Below, piece by piece: positions 35,985-46,942 of a stretch of 64,000 bases of DNA. This DNA comes from an uncultured Planctomycetia bacterium (GTDB taxonomy: Bacteria; Omnitrophota; Gorgyraeia; Duberdicusellales; Duberdicusellaceae). The translations under genes were made by a program, and so were the position numbers. The stretch covers positions 202,643-266,642 of the forward strand of contig CAZWJT010000002.1 in assembly GCA_964634935.1 (NCBI GenBank), given 5' to 3'. The first letter of the stretch is position 1, and each line of letters opens with the position of its first letter. Under the pieces are notes generated by a model. It was not told the DNA's origin, did not search any database, and saw only the letters and a list, made by a program, of their open reading frames with translations.

Positions 35985-37324
35985 CAAATATTTTTAAAAT
36001 TCACGAATTGCGCCAGAAGATCCTCATTACTCTGGCGCTTATCTTTGTATACCGCCTGGGTTGTTTTATCCCAACACCCGGAGTTGATGGGCAGGCACTC
36101 TCAAATTTCTTTGATATCCTGGCAAAAAAACAGGGAACAAATATTTTCGGTTTCGTAAGCCTGTTTACCGGCGGAGCATTGAAGCGATTAAGCGTCTTTG
36201 CCTTAGGTATCATGCCTTACATTTCAGCGTCGATTATTATGCAACTTTTGACTGCCGTGATACCATCCCTGGAAAAACTTGCCAAAGAAGGAAAATCCGG
36301 CTATGAAAAAATCAATCAATTTACCCGCTATGTAACACTCGTACTCTGCATTATCGAGGGTTTATTCTTAAGTTTTTGGCTTTCGGAAAAAAGTAATTTC
36401 TTAGGTGTTGTTATCGTACCTGATCCAAGCATGCTTTTTCATTTCACAACAGTACTTACGCTTACCGTGGGAACATTATTCGTGATGTGGCTTGGAGAAC
36501 AAATACAAGAACGCGGGGTAGGAAACGGCATTTCTTTGATTATTACCGCCAGTATTTTATCAAGACTGCCTGTTTCGCTTTACCAAATGTACATACTCTA
36601 TTCACCATTTGACCCTTCAAAACGAATGATACGACTCCATGAAATCATTGCTTTGCTTGCCATATGGCTTCTCGTGATTCTCGCTGTAGTTCTTTTCTCT
36701 CAGGCGCAGCGGAGAATTCCCGTACAATACGCTCGCCGGGTAGTAGGCAGGAAAATATATGGCGGTCAATCAACGTATCTTCCGATTCGTGTAGACATGG
36801 CAGGCGTTATCGCCATTATTTTTGCCCAATCAGTTCTTTTATTCCCCTCAACGATCGCCACAATGCTTCCGAAAAGCACCTTTGTCCAGAAAATGATAAT
36901 GCCTTTCTTTAATGAACGCGGATTACTGTATAATTCGGCATATGTCCTTTTGGTCTTCTTTTTTATGTACTTTTACACCGCTATTGTTTTTAACCCAATT
37001 GAGATCGCCAACGGCTTAAAAAAGCATGGTGGATTTATTCCAGGTGTACGCCCAGGAGATAATACCGCCAAGTATCTCGATTATGTTGCCACCCGGCTCG
37101 TTTTTGCCGGATCTGCTTATATAGCACTCATTGCGATCGTACCAGCGCTGGTTATGCGCGGATTTCACCTACCATCGTATGAACTCGCTTCATTCTTTGG
37201 CGGAACAACTATATTGATCTTTGTCGGTGTCATGCTCGATACAATGCGCCAAATTGAATCACAATTGATGCTTCAACACTATGATGGATTCTTAAGTACA
37301 GGAAGGATCAAGGGGCGACGATGA
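35969..37324 (+). CDS. secY: preprotein translocase subunit SecY
   Basis: 451 aa, 10 TM helices, SecY signature. Confidence 0.95.
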   Translation: MLKSLANIFKIHELRQKILITLALIFVYRLGCFIPTPGVDGQALSNFFDILAKKQGTNIFGFVSLFTGGALKRLSVFALGIMPYISASIIMQLLTAVIPSLEKLAKEGKSGYEKINQFTRYVTLVLCIIEGLFLSFWLSEKSNFLGVVIVPDPSMLFHFTTVLTLTVGTLFVMWLGEQIQERGVGNGISLIITASILSRLPVSLYQMYILYSPFDPSKRMIRLHEIIALLAIWLLVILAVVLFSQAQRRIPVQYARRVVGRKIYGGQSTYLPIRVDMAGVIAIIFAQSVLLFPSTIATMLPKSTFVQKMIMPFFNERGLLYNSAYVLLVFFFMYFYTAIVFNPIEIANGLKKHGGFIPGVRPGDNTAKYLDYVATRLVFAGSAYIALIAIVPALVMRGFHLPSYELASFFGGTTILIFVGVMLDTMRQIESQLMLQHYDGFLSTGRIKGRR

Positions 37325-37968
37325 ATATTATACTCTTGGGAGCTCCCGGAAGCGGAAAAGGAACTCAGGGAAAAATCTTAAAAGAACATTTTCAGGCAAC
37401 AGAAGTATCCCTGGGAGATCTTTTGCGAATAGAGGTTAAACAGGGTTCGCTTATCGGAAAGAAAGTTGAATCATTCATGAAAGAAGGAGCCCTGGTTCCC
37501 GATGAAATAGTTGCCGAGGTTATCAAGCAGCATATTCCAAAAGGCAGTTTTTTGTTGGACGGTTTTCCACGAACCATCGCTCAGGCAGAAATACTGGAAA
37601 AATTACTCAAAGAAAAAGGAATTTCCATTGATCTCGTCCTTTATTTTCATGTTCCAGAAAACGTCCTCATCGAAAGACTTTCCGGACGAAGAGTGTGCAA
37701 GAACTGCGGGCGCTTATACCACATGAAAACGATGCCTCCAAAGCAAAACGGTTTATGTGACAGCTGCCAGGGTCCTTTGATTACCCGAGCAGACGATAAC
37801 GAAGAAACGATCAAAAAACGCCTGGCAGTATTTCTAAAACAAAGCCTCCCTTTATTTGATTATTACAAAAAGAAAAACATACTATTGGAAATTAATGCCG
37901 AGGGAAATAAAGATGTAATTTTCTCTCGGATACTTGATTCTTTGAAAAAAACGCATGGTGCACATTAA
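37321..37968 (+). CDS. adk: adenylate kinase (zinc-lid form)
   Basis: P-loop GAPGSGKGTQ and a Cys4 lid (CKNCG...CDSC). Confidence 0.95.
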   Translation: MNIILLGAPGSGKGTQGKILKEHFQATEVSLGDLLRIEVKQGSLIGKKVESFMKEGALVPDEIVAEVIKQHIPKGSFLLDGFPRTIAQAEILEKLLKEKGISIDLVLYFHVPENVLIERLSGRRVCKNCGRLYHMKTMPPKQNGLCDSCQGPLITRADDNEETIKKRLAVFLKQSLPLFDYYKKKNILLEINAEGNKDVIFSRILDSLKKTHGAH

Positions 37969-38704
37969 ATCGCCCCATGAAATTCGGGCGATGCGCCGCG
38001 CAGGAAAAATTGCAGGAGCAATACTGAAAAAACTCAGTCAATTCGCAGCTCCAGGCAAAACAACCTCTGAAATTGACCTATACGCTGAAACTTTGATAAA
38101 AAAATATCAGGCTTCTGCTGCATTTAAAGGGTACCAGGGATTTCCTGCTACGGTATGTGTCTCACTAAACGAGGAACTTATCCATGGCATACCAAACGCG
38201 GAACGATATCTTACAGAAACTGACTTGGTGAGTATCGACTTAGGAATAAAATACCAAGGATATTATGCCGATACCGCTTGTTCTTTTTATATAGGACATA
38301 CGCCGCCTTTGCTCATCAAAAACTTATTGGAGATAGGCAAGGGGGCGCTCCAACGGGCGCTCAAGGTGGTCCGAGATGGAACCACTATTGGAGACATAGG
38401 GTTTGCTATCCAGGATTATGTAGAAAAAAACAACTTCTGCGTTGTGCGCAAATTCGTAGGGCATGGGATTGGTACTACGCTCCACGAAGAACCTGAAGTA
38501 TATAATTTTGGCAACAAAGGAGAAGGAACAGTCTTACGCACAGGGATGACCATAGCAATTGAGCCTATGATAACCGTTGATAGTCCCGACGTTGAGATAT
38601 TGCCTGACCATTGGACAGTTGTTTCAAAAGACAGAAAACCCTGTGTTCATTTTGAACACACAGTGCTGGTTGCAAAAAAGAATTGCGTTGTACTCACAAA
38701 CTAA
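37955..38704 (+). CDS. map: type I methionine aminopeptidase
   Basis: Metal-ligand pattern of the MAP family. Confidence 0.9.
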   Translation: MVHIKSPHEIRAMRRAGKIAGAILKKLSQFAAPGKTTSEIDLYAETLIKKYQASAAFKGYQGFPATVCVSLNEELIHGIPNAERYLTETDLVSIDLGIKYQGYYADTACSFYIGHTPPLLIKNLLEIGKGALQRALKVVRDGTTIGDIGFAIQDYVEKNNFCVVRKFVGHGIGTTLHEEPEVYNFGNKGEGTVLRTGMTIAIEPMITVDSPDVEILPDHWTVVSKDRKPCVHFEHTVLVAKKNCVVLTN

Positions 38705-38709
38705 AACAT

Positions 38710-38928
38710 ATGCCAAAGGAAGATTTAATTGAAACCGAAGGAGAAGTGACCGAGTCACTCCCCAATGCAATGTTCCGAGTAAAAATTGAAGGTGGACATA
38801 TTTTATTGGCACACGTATCAGGAAAAATGCGTATGCATTTTATCCGCATACTGCCAGGTGATAGAGTGCGATTGGAAATTTCTCCCTATGACTTATCAAA
38901 AGGAAGAATAACCCAGAGGTTAAAGTAA
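38710..38928 (+). CDS. infA: translation initiation factor IF-1
   Basis: [24 protein letters not shown] start and an S1-like fold. The ORF-track frame opens earlier. Confidence 0.95.
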   Translation: MPKEDLIETEGEVTESLPNAMFRVKIEGGHILLAHVSGKMRMHFIRILPGDRVRLEISPYDLSKGRITQRLK

Positions 38929-38929
38929 G

Positions 38930-39043
38930 ATGAAAGTACGAGCATCGGTAAAACGTATCTGTGAAAACTGTAAAATAGTTAAGCGGCAAAGGGTTTTGCG
39001 TGTCATTTGCAAAAATCCAAAACACAAACAACGTCAAGGTTAA
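38930..39043 (+). CDS. rpmJ: 50S ribosomal protein L36 (zinc form)
   Basis: 37 aa: [37 protein letters not shown]. Not in the ORF track because it is under 60 aa. Confidence 0.9.
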   Translation: MKVRASVKRICENCKIVKRQRVLRVICKNPKHKQRQG

Positions 39044-39058
39044 AAAAGAGGTTAAACC

Positions 39059-39433
39059 ATGCCCAGAATAGTTGGTATTGACTTGCCGAAAGAAAAAAAG
39101 ATAATGGTCGCCCTACGCTATATTTATGGCATTGGTAAATTTCGTGCCGATAAAATTTTAGAACAAGCGCAGATTGATCCAAACCGACGTGCGAAAGACC
39201 TTAATGACGAAGAGATATCTCGGATAACCTCGATTATCCAGACTAATTATCGCGTTGAAGGTGAACTGAAACGTGAAATTACGCAGAATATCCGCCGATT
39301 AATGGAAATCGGCTCATACCGCGGTTCCCGCCATAAAAAGGGACTTCCTGTCCGAGGGCAACGCACACGCTGCAATGCTCGCACACGAAAAGGACCAAAA
39401 CCTCGGGTTGGAGGAATTAAAAAGAAGGGATAA
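39059..39433 (+). CDS. rpsM: 30S ribosomal protein S13
   Basis: S13 family. Confidence 0.95.
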   Translation: MPRIVGIDLPKEKKIMVALRYIYGIGKFRADKILEQAQIDPNRRAKDLNDEEISRITSIIQTNYRVEGELKREITQNIRRLMEIGSYRGSRHKKGLPVRGQRTRCNARTRKGPKPRVGGIKKKG

Positions 39434-39435
39434 GA

Positions 39436-39831
39436 ATGGCTCAACAACAAACACACAGAAAGAAAAAGAAAAAAATAGCGCTTACTTCTAGCGCAGGCAT
39501 CGCTCATATAAAATCAACCTTTAATAATACAATCATTACGATTACTGACCTGCAAGGAAATACTTTAGTTTGGGGCTCTTCAGGTATCTCGGGTTTTAAA
39601 GGAACAAAAAAATCAACTCCGTATGCCGCGCAAATGGCCGCGCTAGGCGTAGCAAATCGGGCAAAAGAAATAGGCATCAAGGAACTTGAAGTGCGAGTGA
39701 AAGGCCCTGGTGCTGGACGCGAAGCCGCAATTCGTTCTCTACAGGGAGCCGGATTGATCATTCGAAAGGTCAAGGATGTAACACCGATACCGCATAACGG
39801 CTGCCGGCCGCCCAAAAAACGAAGAGTCTAA
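39436..39831 (+). CDS. rpsK: 30S ribosomal protein S11
   Basis: S11 family. Confidence 0.95.
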   Translation: MAQQQTHRKKKKKIALTSSAGIAHIKSTFNNTIITITDLQGNTLVWGSSGISGFKGTKKSTPYAAQMAALGVANRAKEIGIKELEVRVKGPGAGREAAIRSLQGAGLIIRKVKDVTPIPHNGCRPPKKRRV

Positions 39832-39858
39832 TCAATAACCCAAGGAGGAAAGAGAACA

Positions 39859-40494
39859 ATGGCTCGTTTTGTAGGTCCTTATTGTAAAGTATGCCGAAGA
39901 GAAGGAGCAAAGCTTTTTCTCAAAGGTGATCGCTGCAACACTGAAAAATGTTCCTTTGCGAAGAGACCGTACCCTCCGGGACATAAAGGGAAGTTTTTCC
40001 GACCAGGAAAATCTTCTTATTATTCACTGCAGCTCCGCGAAAAACAAAAAGTGAAAAAAATCTATGGGCTCCTGGAACGACAGTTCCGTCGATATTTTGA
40101 AGTTGCATCACGCACAAAAGGGAAAACCGGAAAAGTCCTCATTCAGCTCCTTGAAAGAAGACTCGACAATGTAATTTTCCGACTTCTCTATGCGACATCG
40201 CGCAATCAAGCACGTCAAATCGTCAGTCATGGATTTGTTTTTGTGAATGGAAAGCGGGTGAATATCCCTTCTTATCTCATCGATAAAGATGACCGCATAG
40301 AAATTCGAACAACCGAGAAACAAAAAACTTTCATAAAAACAAACGTTGAGAGTTCTCTGAAAACCAGAAGCATTCCTGCTTGGCTTTTCCAAGATAAAGA
40401 AAAATTTTCGGGTGAAATTCTCAGGTTACCAGAAAAAGAAGATCTGACAATTCCTATCGATGAACAATTAATCGTTGAGTTGTATTCAAAGTAA
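39859..40494 (+). CDS. rpsD: 30S ribosomal protein S4 (N-terminal Zn-finger form)
   Basis: N-terminal CKVCRREG...CNTEKC and an S4 RNA-binding domain. Confidence 0.95.
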   Translation: MARFVGPYCKVCRREGAKLFLKGDRCNTEKCSFAKRPYPPGHKGKFFRPGKSSYYSLQLREKQKVKKIYGLLERQFRRYFEVASRTKGKTGKVLIQLLERRLDNVIFRLLYATSRNQARQIVSHGFVFVNGKRVNIPSYLIDKDDRIEIRTTEKQKTFIKTNVESSLKTRSIPAWLFQDKEKFSGEILRLPEKEDLTIPIDEQLIVELYSK

Positions 40495-40545
40495 ATAAAG
40501 CAAAAGGCTGCTAGCAATTGAGAAAGAACGAGGAGGTTTAGAGAT

Positions 40546-41535
40546 ATGGGCGTAAAATGGAGAGATTTCCAATTTCCGAAAAAGATTACGGTTGACGAAG
40601 CAACCTATTCAATCACATACGGAAAATTTATCGCTGAACCTTTTGAGCGAGGGTATGGAACCACCCTGGGGAATGCCATACGAAGAATTCTCCTTTCCTC
40701 ACTTGAGGGCTACGCGATAACTTCAGTGCGTTTCGAAGGGGTAAACCACGAATTTACAACGATTCCTGGAGTGCTCGAAGATGTTACCGAGATTATTCTC
40801 AATGTCAAAAATATCGTGCTGAAATCATTTAGTAAAGCACCAAAATTGATTCATATTAAAAAAGAAAAAAAAGGACCAATTACTGCCGGTGATATCATTA
40901 CCGACGAAACAATCGAAGTAATAAACAAAGACTTACACATCGCGACGCTTACCCGGGATGGATTGTTCCAGGTAGAAATGGAAGTTGCCAAGGGCAGGGG
41001 TTTCGTTACCGCAGATCTTAACCGAAAAGAAGACAGCCCGATTGGAGTAATTTCAGTTGATTCTATTTTCTCCCCGGTCCGGAAAGTAAACTTTTCCGTA
41101 GGAAATATTCGCGTTGGGAAAAAAACTGACTATGACTCGTTAACAGTCGAAATCTGGAGCAATGGAAGTATTGAGCCAAAAGAATGCTTAATCTACGCCG
41201 CAACTATTTTAAATAGACACCTTGAGCTTTTTGCAACCCTAGGACAAGTTCCCGAAGAAGAAGAATACGAAGAACAGCTTACTACCGAAGAACGGGCACT
41301 CTATGAAAAACTGAAACTTCCGATATCTGAGCTTGAGCTTACAGTCCGAAGCGCCAATTGCCTGAGAGAAGCAAATATTAAAACCCTTTCGGATCTGGTA
41401 ACCAAAACAGAGGCGGAGATGCTCTCTTTCCGGAATTTTGGAAAAAAATCGCTCGATGAAATCACTACGCTCTTAAAAAGCATGGGCCTATCACTTGGAA
41501 TTACCGTAGACAAACGCAAACTGGAGAAAGCTTAA
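40546..41535 (+). CDS. rpoA: DNA-directed RNA polymerase subunit alpha
   Basis: 329 aa, NTD plus CTD. Confidence 0.95.
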   Translation: MGVKWRDFQFPKKITVDEATYSITYGKFIAEPFERGYGTTLGNAIRRILLSSLEGYAITSVRFEGVNHEFTTIPGVLEDVTEIILNVKNIVLKSFSKAPKLIHIKKEKKGPITAGDIITDETIEVINKDLHIATLTRDGLFQVEMEVAKGRGFVTADLNRKEDSPIGVISVDSIFSPVRKVNFSVGNIRVGKKTDYDSLTVEIWSNGSIEPKECLIYAATILNRHLELFATLGQVPEEEEYEEQLTTEERALYEKLKLPISELELTVRSANCLREANIKTLSDLVTKTEAEMLSFRNFGKKSLDEITTLLKSMGLSLGITVDKRKLEKA

Positions 41536-41536
41536 T

Positions 41537-42037
41537 ATGCGACACTACGATAGAAACGACCACTTATCTCGGTCGTACGCTCAACGAAAAGCCCTTATCC
41601 GAAGCATGATTCGTAATCTCATACTCCATGAACGCGTTAAAACTACGCCTCGAAAAGCAAAAGCACTGGCTTCAGCAATTGCCCGAGTAATTATTTGGGC
41701 AAAAAAGGGAACACTCCACCATCAACGGCTCATTTACAAGGTTATTCCAGACCACGCATTGGTACAGCAAATTTGCAAAGACATAGCGATGCGCTACAAA
41801 GACATTTCAAGCGGCTTTACCAGAATTATTCGGACTGGAACACGGAAAGGGGATGGAGCCGAACTCGCTTTTATCGAATTGACCAAAAGAGAGATCAAGA
41901 AAAAACCTATCTCAGCTGTTAAGGCGCAAGGAGAAAACCAAGATGTAAAAACGACTGAAGAGAGATCAAAATCCTCTCAGCCATTGAAGTCAGGGATCAA
42001 AGGGATTTTCCGGCGAAAAGCGGCTAAAAATGGGTAA
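41537..42037 (+). CDS. rplQ: 50S ribosomal protein L17 with a ~45-aa basic C-terminal extension
   Basis: L17 core followed by an extra Lys/Ser-rich tail. Its stop overlaps the next gene's start by 8 nt. Confidence 0.9.
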   Translation: MRHYDRNDHLSRSYAQRKALIRSMIRNLILHERVKTTPRKAKALASAIARVIIWAKKGTLHHQRLIYKVIPDHALVQQICKDIAMRYKDISSGFTRIIRTGTRKGDGAELAFIELTKREIKKKPISAVKAQGENQDVKTTEERSKSSQPLKSGIKGIFRRKAAKNG

Positions 42038-43295
42038 AACCATTATCGAAAAAATATTCTCAGCGCACTGCGGAAAACCGGTTTCCGCGGGTGAAGTTGG
42101 AATCGCGCGAGTTGACTTTTGTTTCTCACAGGACGGAACCACGTCCCTTGTTCTTGATAGCCTTGTGAAATTTGAAGCTACCCAAATAGCACGCCCGAAC
42201 TCTTATGCCATGTTCATCGATCACTCAGCTCCTGCACCGAACATTGGTGTTGCCAAAGTACACCAGAGAATGCGCCTCTTCCGTGACCAACTACATAATA
42301 AGCTCTACGACGTAGGATGCGGCATCTCTCACCAGCTCATGATTGAAGAAGGGCATATTAAGCCTGGCTCAATCGTCTTGGGAGCTGATTCCCATACCGC
42401 TACGGGAGGTATTCTCAATGCCGCGTGTTTTGGAGTAGGCTCAACCGATTTGGCAATCGCTCTCATCTATAAAAAAAATTGGTTTAAGGTACCTTCTACA
42501 ATCAAGGTGATTCTCTCTGGAAAAACGCCTCCGGGTGTATTTTCCAAAGATATTGCACTTGAGATAATCCGCAGATTTACTGCTCGAGGAGCAACCTATA
42601 AAGCTTTGGAAATTGAAGGAAAAGGATTCCAAAGTCTCTCACTGGATGCCCGGGCAACAATTACGAATATGAGTATTGAATGCGGCGCAAAAACAGCCAT
42701 ATCAAGCGTTGACAAAAAGACCGCTGCATACTTACGATCAATTGGAATAAGAAAGTTCACTCCTGTTTACCCCGATAAAAATGCGAATTACGAAAGAATC
42801 GAAGAAATTGATCTTTCAGAGTTAACTCCTGTGATCGCTCAACCGCATACAGTCGACAATGTAGTTCCAGTAGAAAATCTCCGCGGGCAATCATTCCATC
42901 AAGGGTTCATTGGAACATGTACCAACGGCCGACTTGAAGATTTGTTAATCGCAGCCAGAATCCTGAAAGGGAAGAAAATTCACCGCAACATAAAACTCTT
43001 CATTGCCCCAGCTTCAGAGCGAATTTTACGCGCCGCATATAAGAAGGGGCTCGTAAAAACCTTTATCGACGCGGGGGCTATTTTTCTCACTCCGGGGTGC
43101 GGGCCATGTGTGGGAACTCATCAAGGCATTCCCGCCGATGGAGAGAAAGTTCTTTCAACCGCGAACAGAAATTTCAAAGGAAGGATGGGTAACCCAAATG
43201 CCTTCATCTACCTTGCATCTCCTGCTACCGTCGCAGCATCTGCACTCAAGGGAAAAATCACCGATCCAAGAACCTGCATAAAAAGAAAGGGGTAA
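42030..43295 (+). CDS. aconitase-family dehydratase large subunit, LeuC/homoaconitase type (short ~420-aa form)
   Basis: GADSHT, GxCTNGRLEDL and TPGCGPC cluster-ligand motifs of the IPMI/HACN large subunit. Confidence 0.8.
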   Translation: MGKTIIEKIFSAHCGKPVSAGEVGIARVDFCFSQDGTTSLVLDSLVKFEATQIARPNSYAMFIDHSAPAPNIGVAKVHQRMRLFRDQLHNKLYDVGCGISHQLMIEEGHIKPGSIVLGADSHTATGGILNAACFGVGSTDLAIALIYKKNWFKVPSTIKVILSGKTPPGVFSKDIALEIIRRFTARGATYKALEIEGKGFQSLSLDARATITNMSIECGAKTAISSVDKKTAAYLRSIGIRKFTPVYPDKNANYERIEEIDLSELTPVIAQPHTVDNVVPVENLRGQSFHQGFIGTCTNGRLEDLLIAARILKGKKIHRNIKLFIAPASERILRAAYKKGLVKTFIDAGAIFLTPGCGPCVGTHQGIPADGEKVLSTANRNFKGRMGNPNAFIYLASPATVAASALKGKITDPRTCIKRKG

Positions 43296-43300
43296 GTGAT

Positions 43301-44353
43301 ATGCTCGACATCAAGACACTCTTGAAGCTCTGTATGGAGAAAAAAGCTTCAGATATACACCTTACCGTGGATAGCTTCCCTATCTTGCGTATTGATGGGG
43401 GATTGCACCTCATGGATCACCTGGAACGACTCGATCGTGAAAAATTGAAAAATATCATCTACAGTATTCTCTCCGATGTACAAAAAGAACAATTTGAAAA
43501 GAATAAGGAGCTTGATTTTTCCTTCGCTCCAGTTGGATATGATCGATTTCGTGTCAACATACATTTGCAACGGGGAAGCGTCGAAGGAGCTTTCCGAAGA
43601 ATCCCTGATGTTATCCCAAGCATAAAAACACTGGGACTCCCTCAGGTGGCTGAAGATTTCGCGAGAAAGCCGAATGGATTGGTGCTGGTAACCGGTCCGA
43701 CCGGCGTCGGAAAAACAACAACACTCGCCGCGATGCTTGATCTCATTAATGCTGAACGAGAAAGTATTATTATTTGCATCGAAGATCCCATCGAATTCCT
43801 TCATCACAATAAAAAAAGCGTGATTAAACAGCGCGAGATATACGCGGATACCCTTTCTTTTGCGGAAGCCTTAAAACGAACTTTGCGACAAGATCCGGAC
43901 GTCATCGTTGTAGGCGAGATGCGCGACCTTGAAACAATTTCGACAACGTTGACTGCTGCAGAAACAGGACATCTGGTATTGGCAACTCTGCATACCCCTG
44001 ATGCCCCGCAAACAGTGCAACGTATTATTGATGTGTTTCCACCGTATCAACAACATCAGGTACGATTACAGCTTGCAGATTGTCTGCAAGGAGTTATGTC
44101 ACAGCTGCTTCTTCCGCATGCGTCAGGTAAAGGCCGCGTTCTTTCAACTGAAATAATGGTGGCAACCCCTGGCATTCGAAACTTAATCCGAGAAGGAGAA
44201 ATCGCGCAAATTCCAACTTTGATTCAGACTGGAGCGCAGTATGGCATGAAAACTATGGACAAGTGCCTTAAAGAATTGTACGAAAATAAGCAAATTACCT
44301 ATGAGGCAGCCTTGAGCAAAGTAAAAAGCATTCAGGAATTTAAGGTGCTTTAA
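43301..44353 (+). CDS. pilT: type IV pilus retraction ATPase PilT
   Basis: Walker A GPTGVGKTT, Asp box, His box, and the PilT-specific GIRNLIREGE motif. 350 aa. Confidence 0.85.
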   Translation: MLDIKTLLKLCMEKKASDIHLTVDSFPILRIDGGLHLMDHLERLDREKLKNIIYSILSDVQKEQFEKNKELDFSFAPVGYDRFRVNIHLQRGSVEGAFRRIPDVIPSIKTLGLPQVAEDFARKPNGLVLVTGPTGVGKTTTLAAMLDLINAERESIIICIEDPIEFLHHNKKSVIKQREIYADTLSFAEALKRTLRQDPDVIVVGEMRDLETISTTLTAAETGHLVLATLHTPDAPQTVQRIIDVFPPYQQHQVRLQLADCLQGVMSQLLLPHASGKGRVLSTEIMVATPGIRNLIREGEIAQIPTLIQTGAQYGMKTMDKCLKELYENKQITYEAALSKVKSIQEFKVL

Positions 44354-44369
44354 ACCCTGATAAAAAACT

Positions 44370-44888
44370 ATGGCGCTCGAATCCACAAGAATCCTTTCTG
44401 GAACAGCCTTTAAATTTGGCGACGATATTAATACTGATTCTATTATTTCGGGAAGGTACAAGTTTTCAATTACAAACATGAAGGAACTTTCGCAATATCT
44501 CTTTGAAGATATTCGTCCTCATTTCGCTCAAGAACTCGTTCCGCAGAAAAGCATCATCGTTGCCGGAAATAACTTTGGCATGGGATCTTCTCGAGAACAA
44601 GCCCCATGGGTCATTAAAGAGAGCGGAATTCTCTGCGTAATCGCAAAGAACTTTGCCCGAATATTTTATCGAAATGCTTTTAACATCGGTTTATGCCTTA
44701 TTGAGGCAGACACTGACCTTATTCAAGAAAAAGACTTACTGGATGTTGATTTGCAGCGTGGCATTATCACGGATCAAACAAATAAAAAAACACTGCAATT
44801 CCACCCTTTAAATAAATTTCAACAGGAACTTATCGAATTCGGGGGAATCATTAAATATCTAAAAAAATACAACGAGTTTAAAATCTAG
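44370..44888 (+). CDS. aconitase-family dehydratase small subunit, LeuD type 2
   Basis: GDDINTDSII and NFGMGSSREQAP motifs. 172 aa. Confidence 0.8.
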   Translation: MALESTRILSGTAFKFGDDINTDSIISGRYKFSITNMKELSQYLFEDIRPHFAQELVPQKSIIVAGNNFGMGSSREQAPWVIKESGILCVIAKNFARIFYRNAFNIGLCLIEADTDLIQEKDLLDVDLQRGIITDQTNKKTLQFHPLNKFQQELIEFGGIIKYLKKYNEFKI

Positions 44889-44890
44889 CC

Positions 44891-45979
44891 ATGCGCACGG
44901 TAACCCTTATTCCCGGCGATGGAATCGGACCGGAAGTTACCCAAGCTGCGCAGCGATGCGTAGAAGCAACCGGAGTGACCCTGAATTGGGAAATTCAACC
45001 TGCCGGAGAAAATGCACTTCAGACTGAAGGATCGCTTCTCCCAGAAAAAACCCTTAATTCAATACGCAAAAATAAAGTTGGACTCAAAGGTCCAATGAGC
45101 ACGCCGATTGGCAAAGGTTTCCGTTCAGTAAATGTAGAGATCAGAAAACGACTCGACTTATTTTGCTGCCTTCGCCCATCTCGATATATCGGAGCAGTAA
45201 ACTCGCGAAATAAGAATATAGACATTGTTTTAATGCGTGAAAATACCGAAGATTTATACGCAGGCATTGAATTTGACCTTCATGACCCGTTCATTGAGTC
45301 GCTACGCGACGCTGCGGAAAAAAAAGGTATCAAGGGAATTATCCGCAGCGATAGCGCTATTTCAATTAAAACAATTTCTCGTTTTGCCTCTGAGCGGATT
45401 ATCCGCTTTGCGTTTACCTATGCCTTGAACCACAAACGGAAAAAAGTAACCTGCGTTCATAAAGCAAATATCCTAAAGTACACGGATGGACTTTTCCTGA
45501 AAACTTTCAATGAAATTGCCCAAGAATTCTCTGGAACGGTAAACGCTGAAAATTTCATTGTTGACAATATGGCGATGCAGCTGGTGCTGAAACCAGAAAA
45601 TTTTGATGTGCTTGTCCTTCCGAATCTCTATGGTGATATTATCTCAGATTTATGCGCGGGGCTCATCGGTGGCTTGGGAATCGCGGCTGGAGCAAACATC
45701 GGCGATGAACTTGCCGTCTTTGAACCGGTTCATGGCTCAGCTCCTAAATACCAGGGACAGAATAAAGTAAACCCCGTGGCTACCATCCTGTCGGCAGCAC
45801 TGCTTCTACGGCATCTGAATGAAAATGAGGCGGCTGAGCGCATCGAAACCGCAGTACAAGAGGTTCTGACTGAAGCTACCTGTGTTACCTATGATCTGGC
45901 GCCGAAGGATAAAATCCATCTCGCAGCTTCAACGACGCAAATGACAGATGCAATTATTTCTCGAATAAAAAAACATTAA
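44891..45979 (+). CDS. beta-decarboxylating dehydrogenase, isocitrate/homoisocitrate dehydrogenase branch
   Basis: GDGIGPEV at the N-terminus. VHKANIL(KYTDGLF) carries His where IPMDH (LeuB) carries Asp (VDKANVL), which favours ICDH/HICDH over LeuB. Confidence 0.7.
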   Translation: MRTVTLIPGDGIGPEVTQAAQRCVEATGVTLNWEIQPAGENALQTEGSLLPEKTLNSIRKNKVGLKGPMSTPIGKGFRSVNVEIRKRLDLFCCLRPSRYIGAVNSRNKNIDIVLMRENTEDLYAGIEFDLHDPFIESLRDAAEKKGIKGIIRSDSAISIKTISRFASERIIRFAFTYALNHKRKKVTCVHKANILKYTDGLFLKTFNEIAQEFSGTVNAENFIVDNMAMQLVLKPENFDVLVLPNLYGDIISDLCAGLIGGLGIAAGANIGDELAVFEPVHGSAPKYQGQNKVNPVATILSAALLLRHLNENEAAERIETAVQEVLTEATCVTYDLAPKDKIHLAASTTQMTDAIISRIKKH

Positions 45980-45980
45980 T

Positions 45981-46916
45981 ATGTCCCTGAAAAAAATAGC
46001 GATTATTGGAGCCGGAGCAGTAGGAAGCTGTCTTGCTCATTTGCTTTGTTTTAAAAAATCCTGTGAACAATTGGTTCTTTTAGATATCAACGAAGATCTC
46101 GCGAAAGGCGTTGCCTGTGATATCGATGACTGCCGCTTTGCTTTCTCAAGTGATACTGAAATTATTGCGACTGCAGACGCTGCTCAGCTTGATTCTTCTG
46201 ATCTTGTGGTCATTACTGCCGGTTCCCCAAGAAAACCGGGAATGACCAGAGAAGATCTCCTAAGAACCAACACTGCTGTAGTCGGAAGCGCCTGTTCCGC
46301 AATCAAAAATAAGGCACCAAAAGCGCTTATCCTGGTTATCACAAATCCCTTGGACCTCATGGTATATGTCGCCATGAAAAAAACTTCTTTCCCGTATACC
46401 CGCGTATTCGGAATGGGCTCAAGCCTAGATACCGGACGTATGGCACATATACTTTCTCGTGAAACAGGAATTTCTATAACAAGTATTCACCCATTTGTTT
46501 TTGGTCCTCATGGCCAAGACATGATTGTTTCTCCAACAGTTTCTTTTGATGATGCCCCGTTCAATAATCTACTTTCTGAGAAACAACTTACTTTTGCAAA
46601 AGAAAAAACATTTAACCGGGGAAAAGAAATCGTTGATTACTTAAAAACAGGGAGCGCCCGCTTTGCTCCTGCTGCGTATGCTTCGCAAATCATTGATGCA
46701 GTGAATTCAAACAGCAAAAAAATAATTACCGTATCGGTTTTCTTGGATAACCTATGCGGAATTCAGGGAATCGCTCTCGGAATACCCTGCGTAATTGGAA
46801 GCAAGGGGATTGAACGCATCCCCGAGCTTATCCTCACCGAAAGTGAAAAAAAACAGCTTCTTTCTGCCCAAGAAAACATCAAAAAATCAATTGCTATTAT
46901 TGACACGCTCTTATAG
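45981..46916 (+). CDS. mdh: malate dehydrogenase, LDH-like family
   Basis: GAGAVGS Rossmann motif. ITAGSPRKPGMTREDLL has Arg at the substrate-specificity position, which indicates MDH rather than LDH. Confidence 0.7.
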   Translation: MSLKKIAIIGAGAVGSCLAHLLCFKKSCEQLVLLDINEDLAKGVACDIDDCRFAFSSDTEIIATADAAQLDSSDLVVITAGSPRKPGMTREDLLRTNTAVVGSACSAIKNKAPKALILVITNPLDLMVYVAMKKTSFPYTRVFGMGSSLDTGRMAHILSRETGISITSIHPFVFGPHGQDMIVSPTVSFDDAPFNNLLSEKQLTFAKEKTFNRGKEIVDYLKTGSARFAPAAYASQIIDAVNSNSKKIITVSVFLDNLCGIQGIALGIPCVIGSKGIERIPELILTESEKKQLLSAQENIKKSIAIIDTLL

Positions 46917-46942
46917 ACAAATGCCATAAGATTCAAACTACT

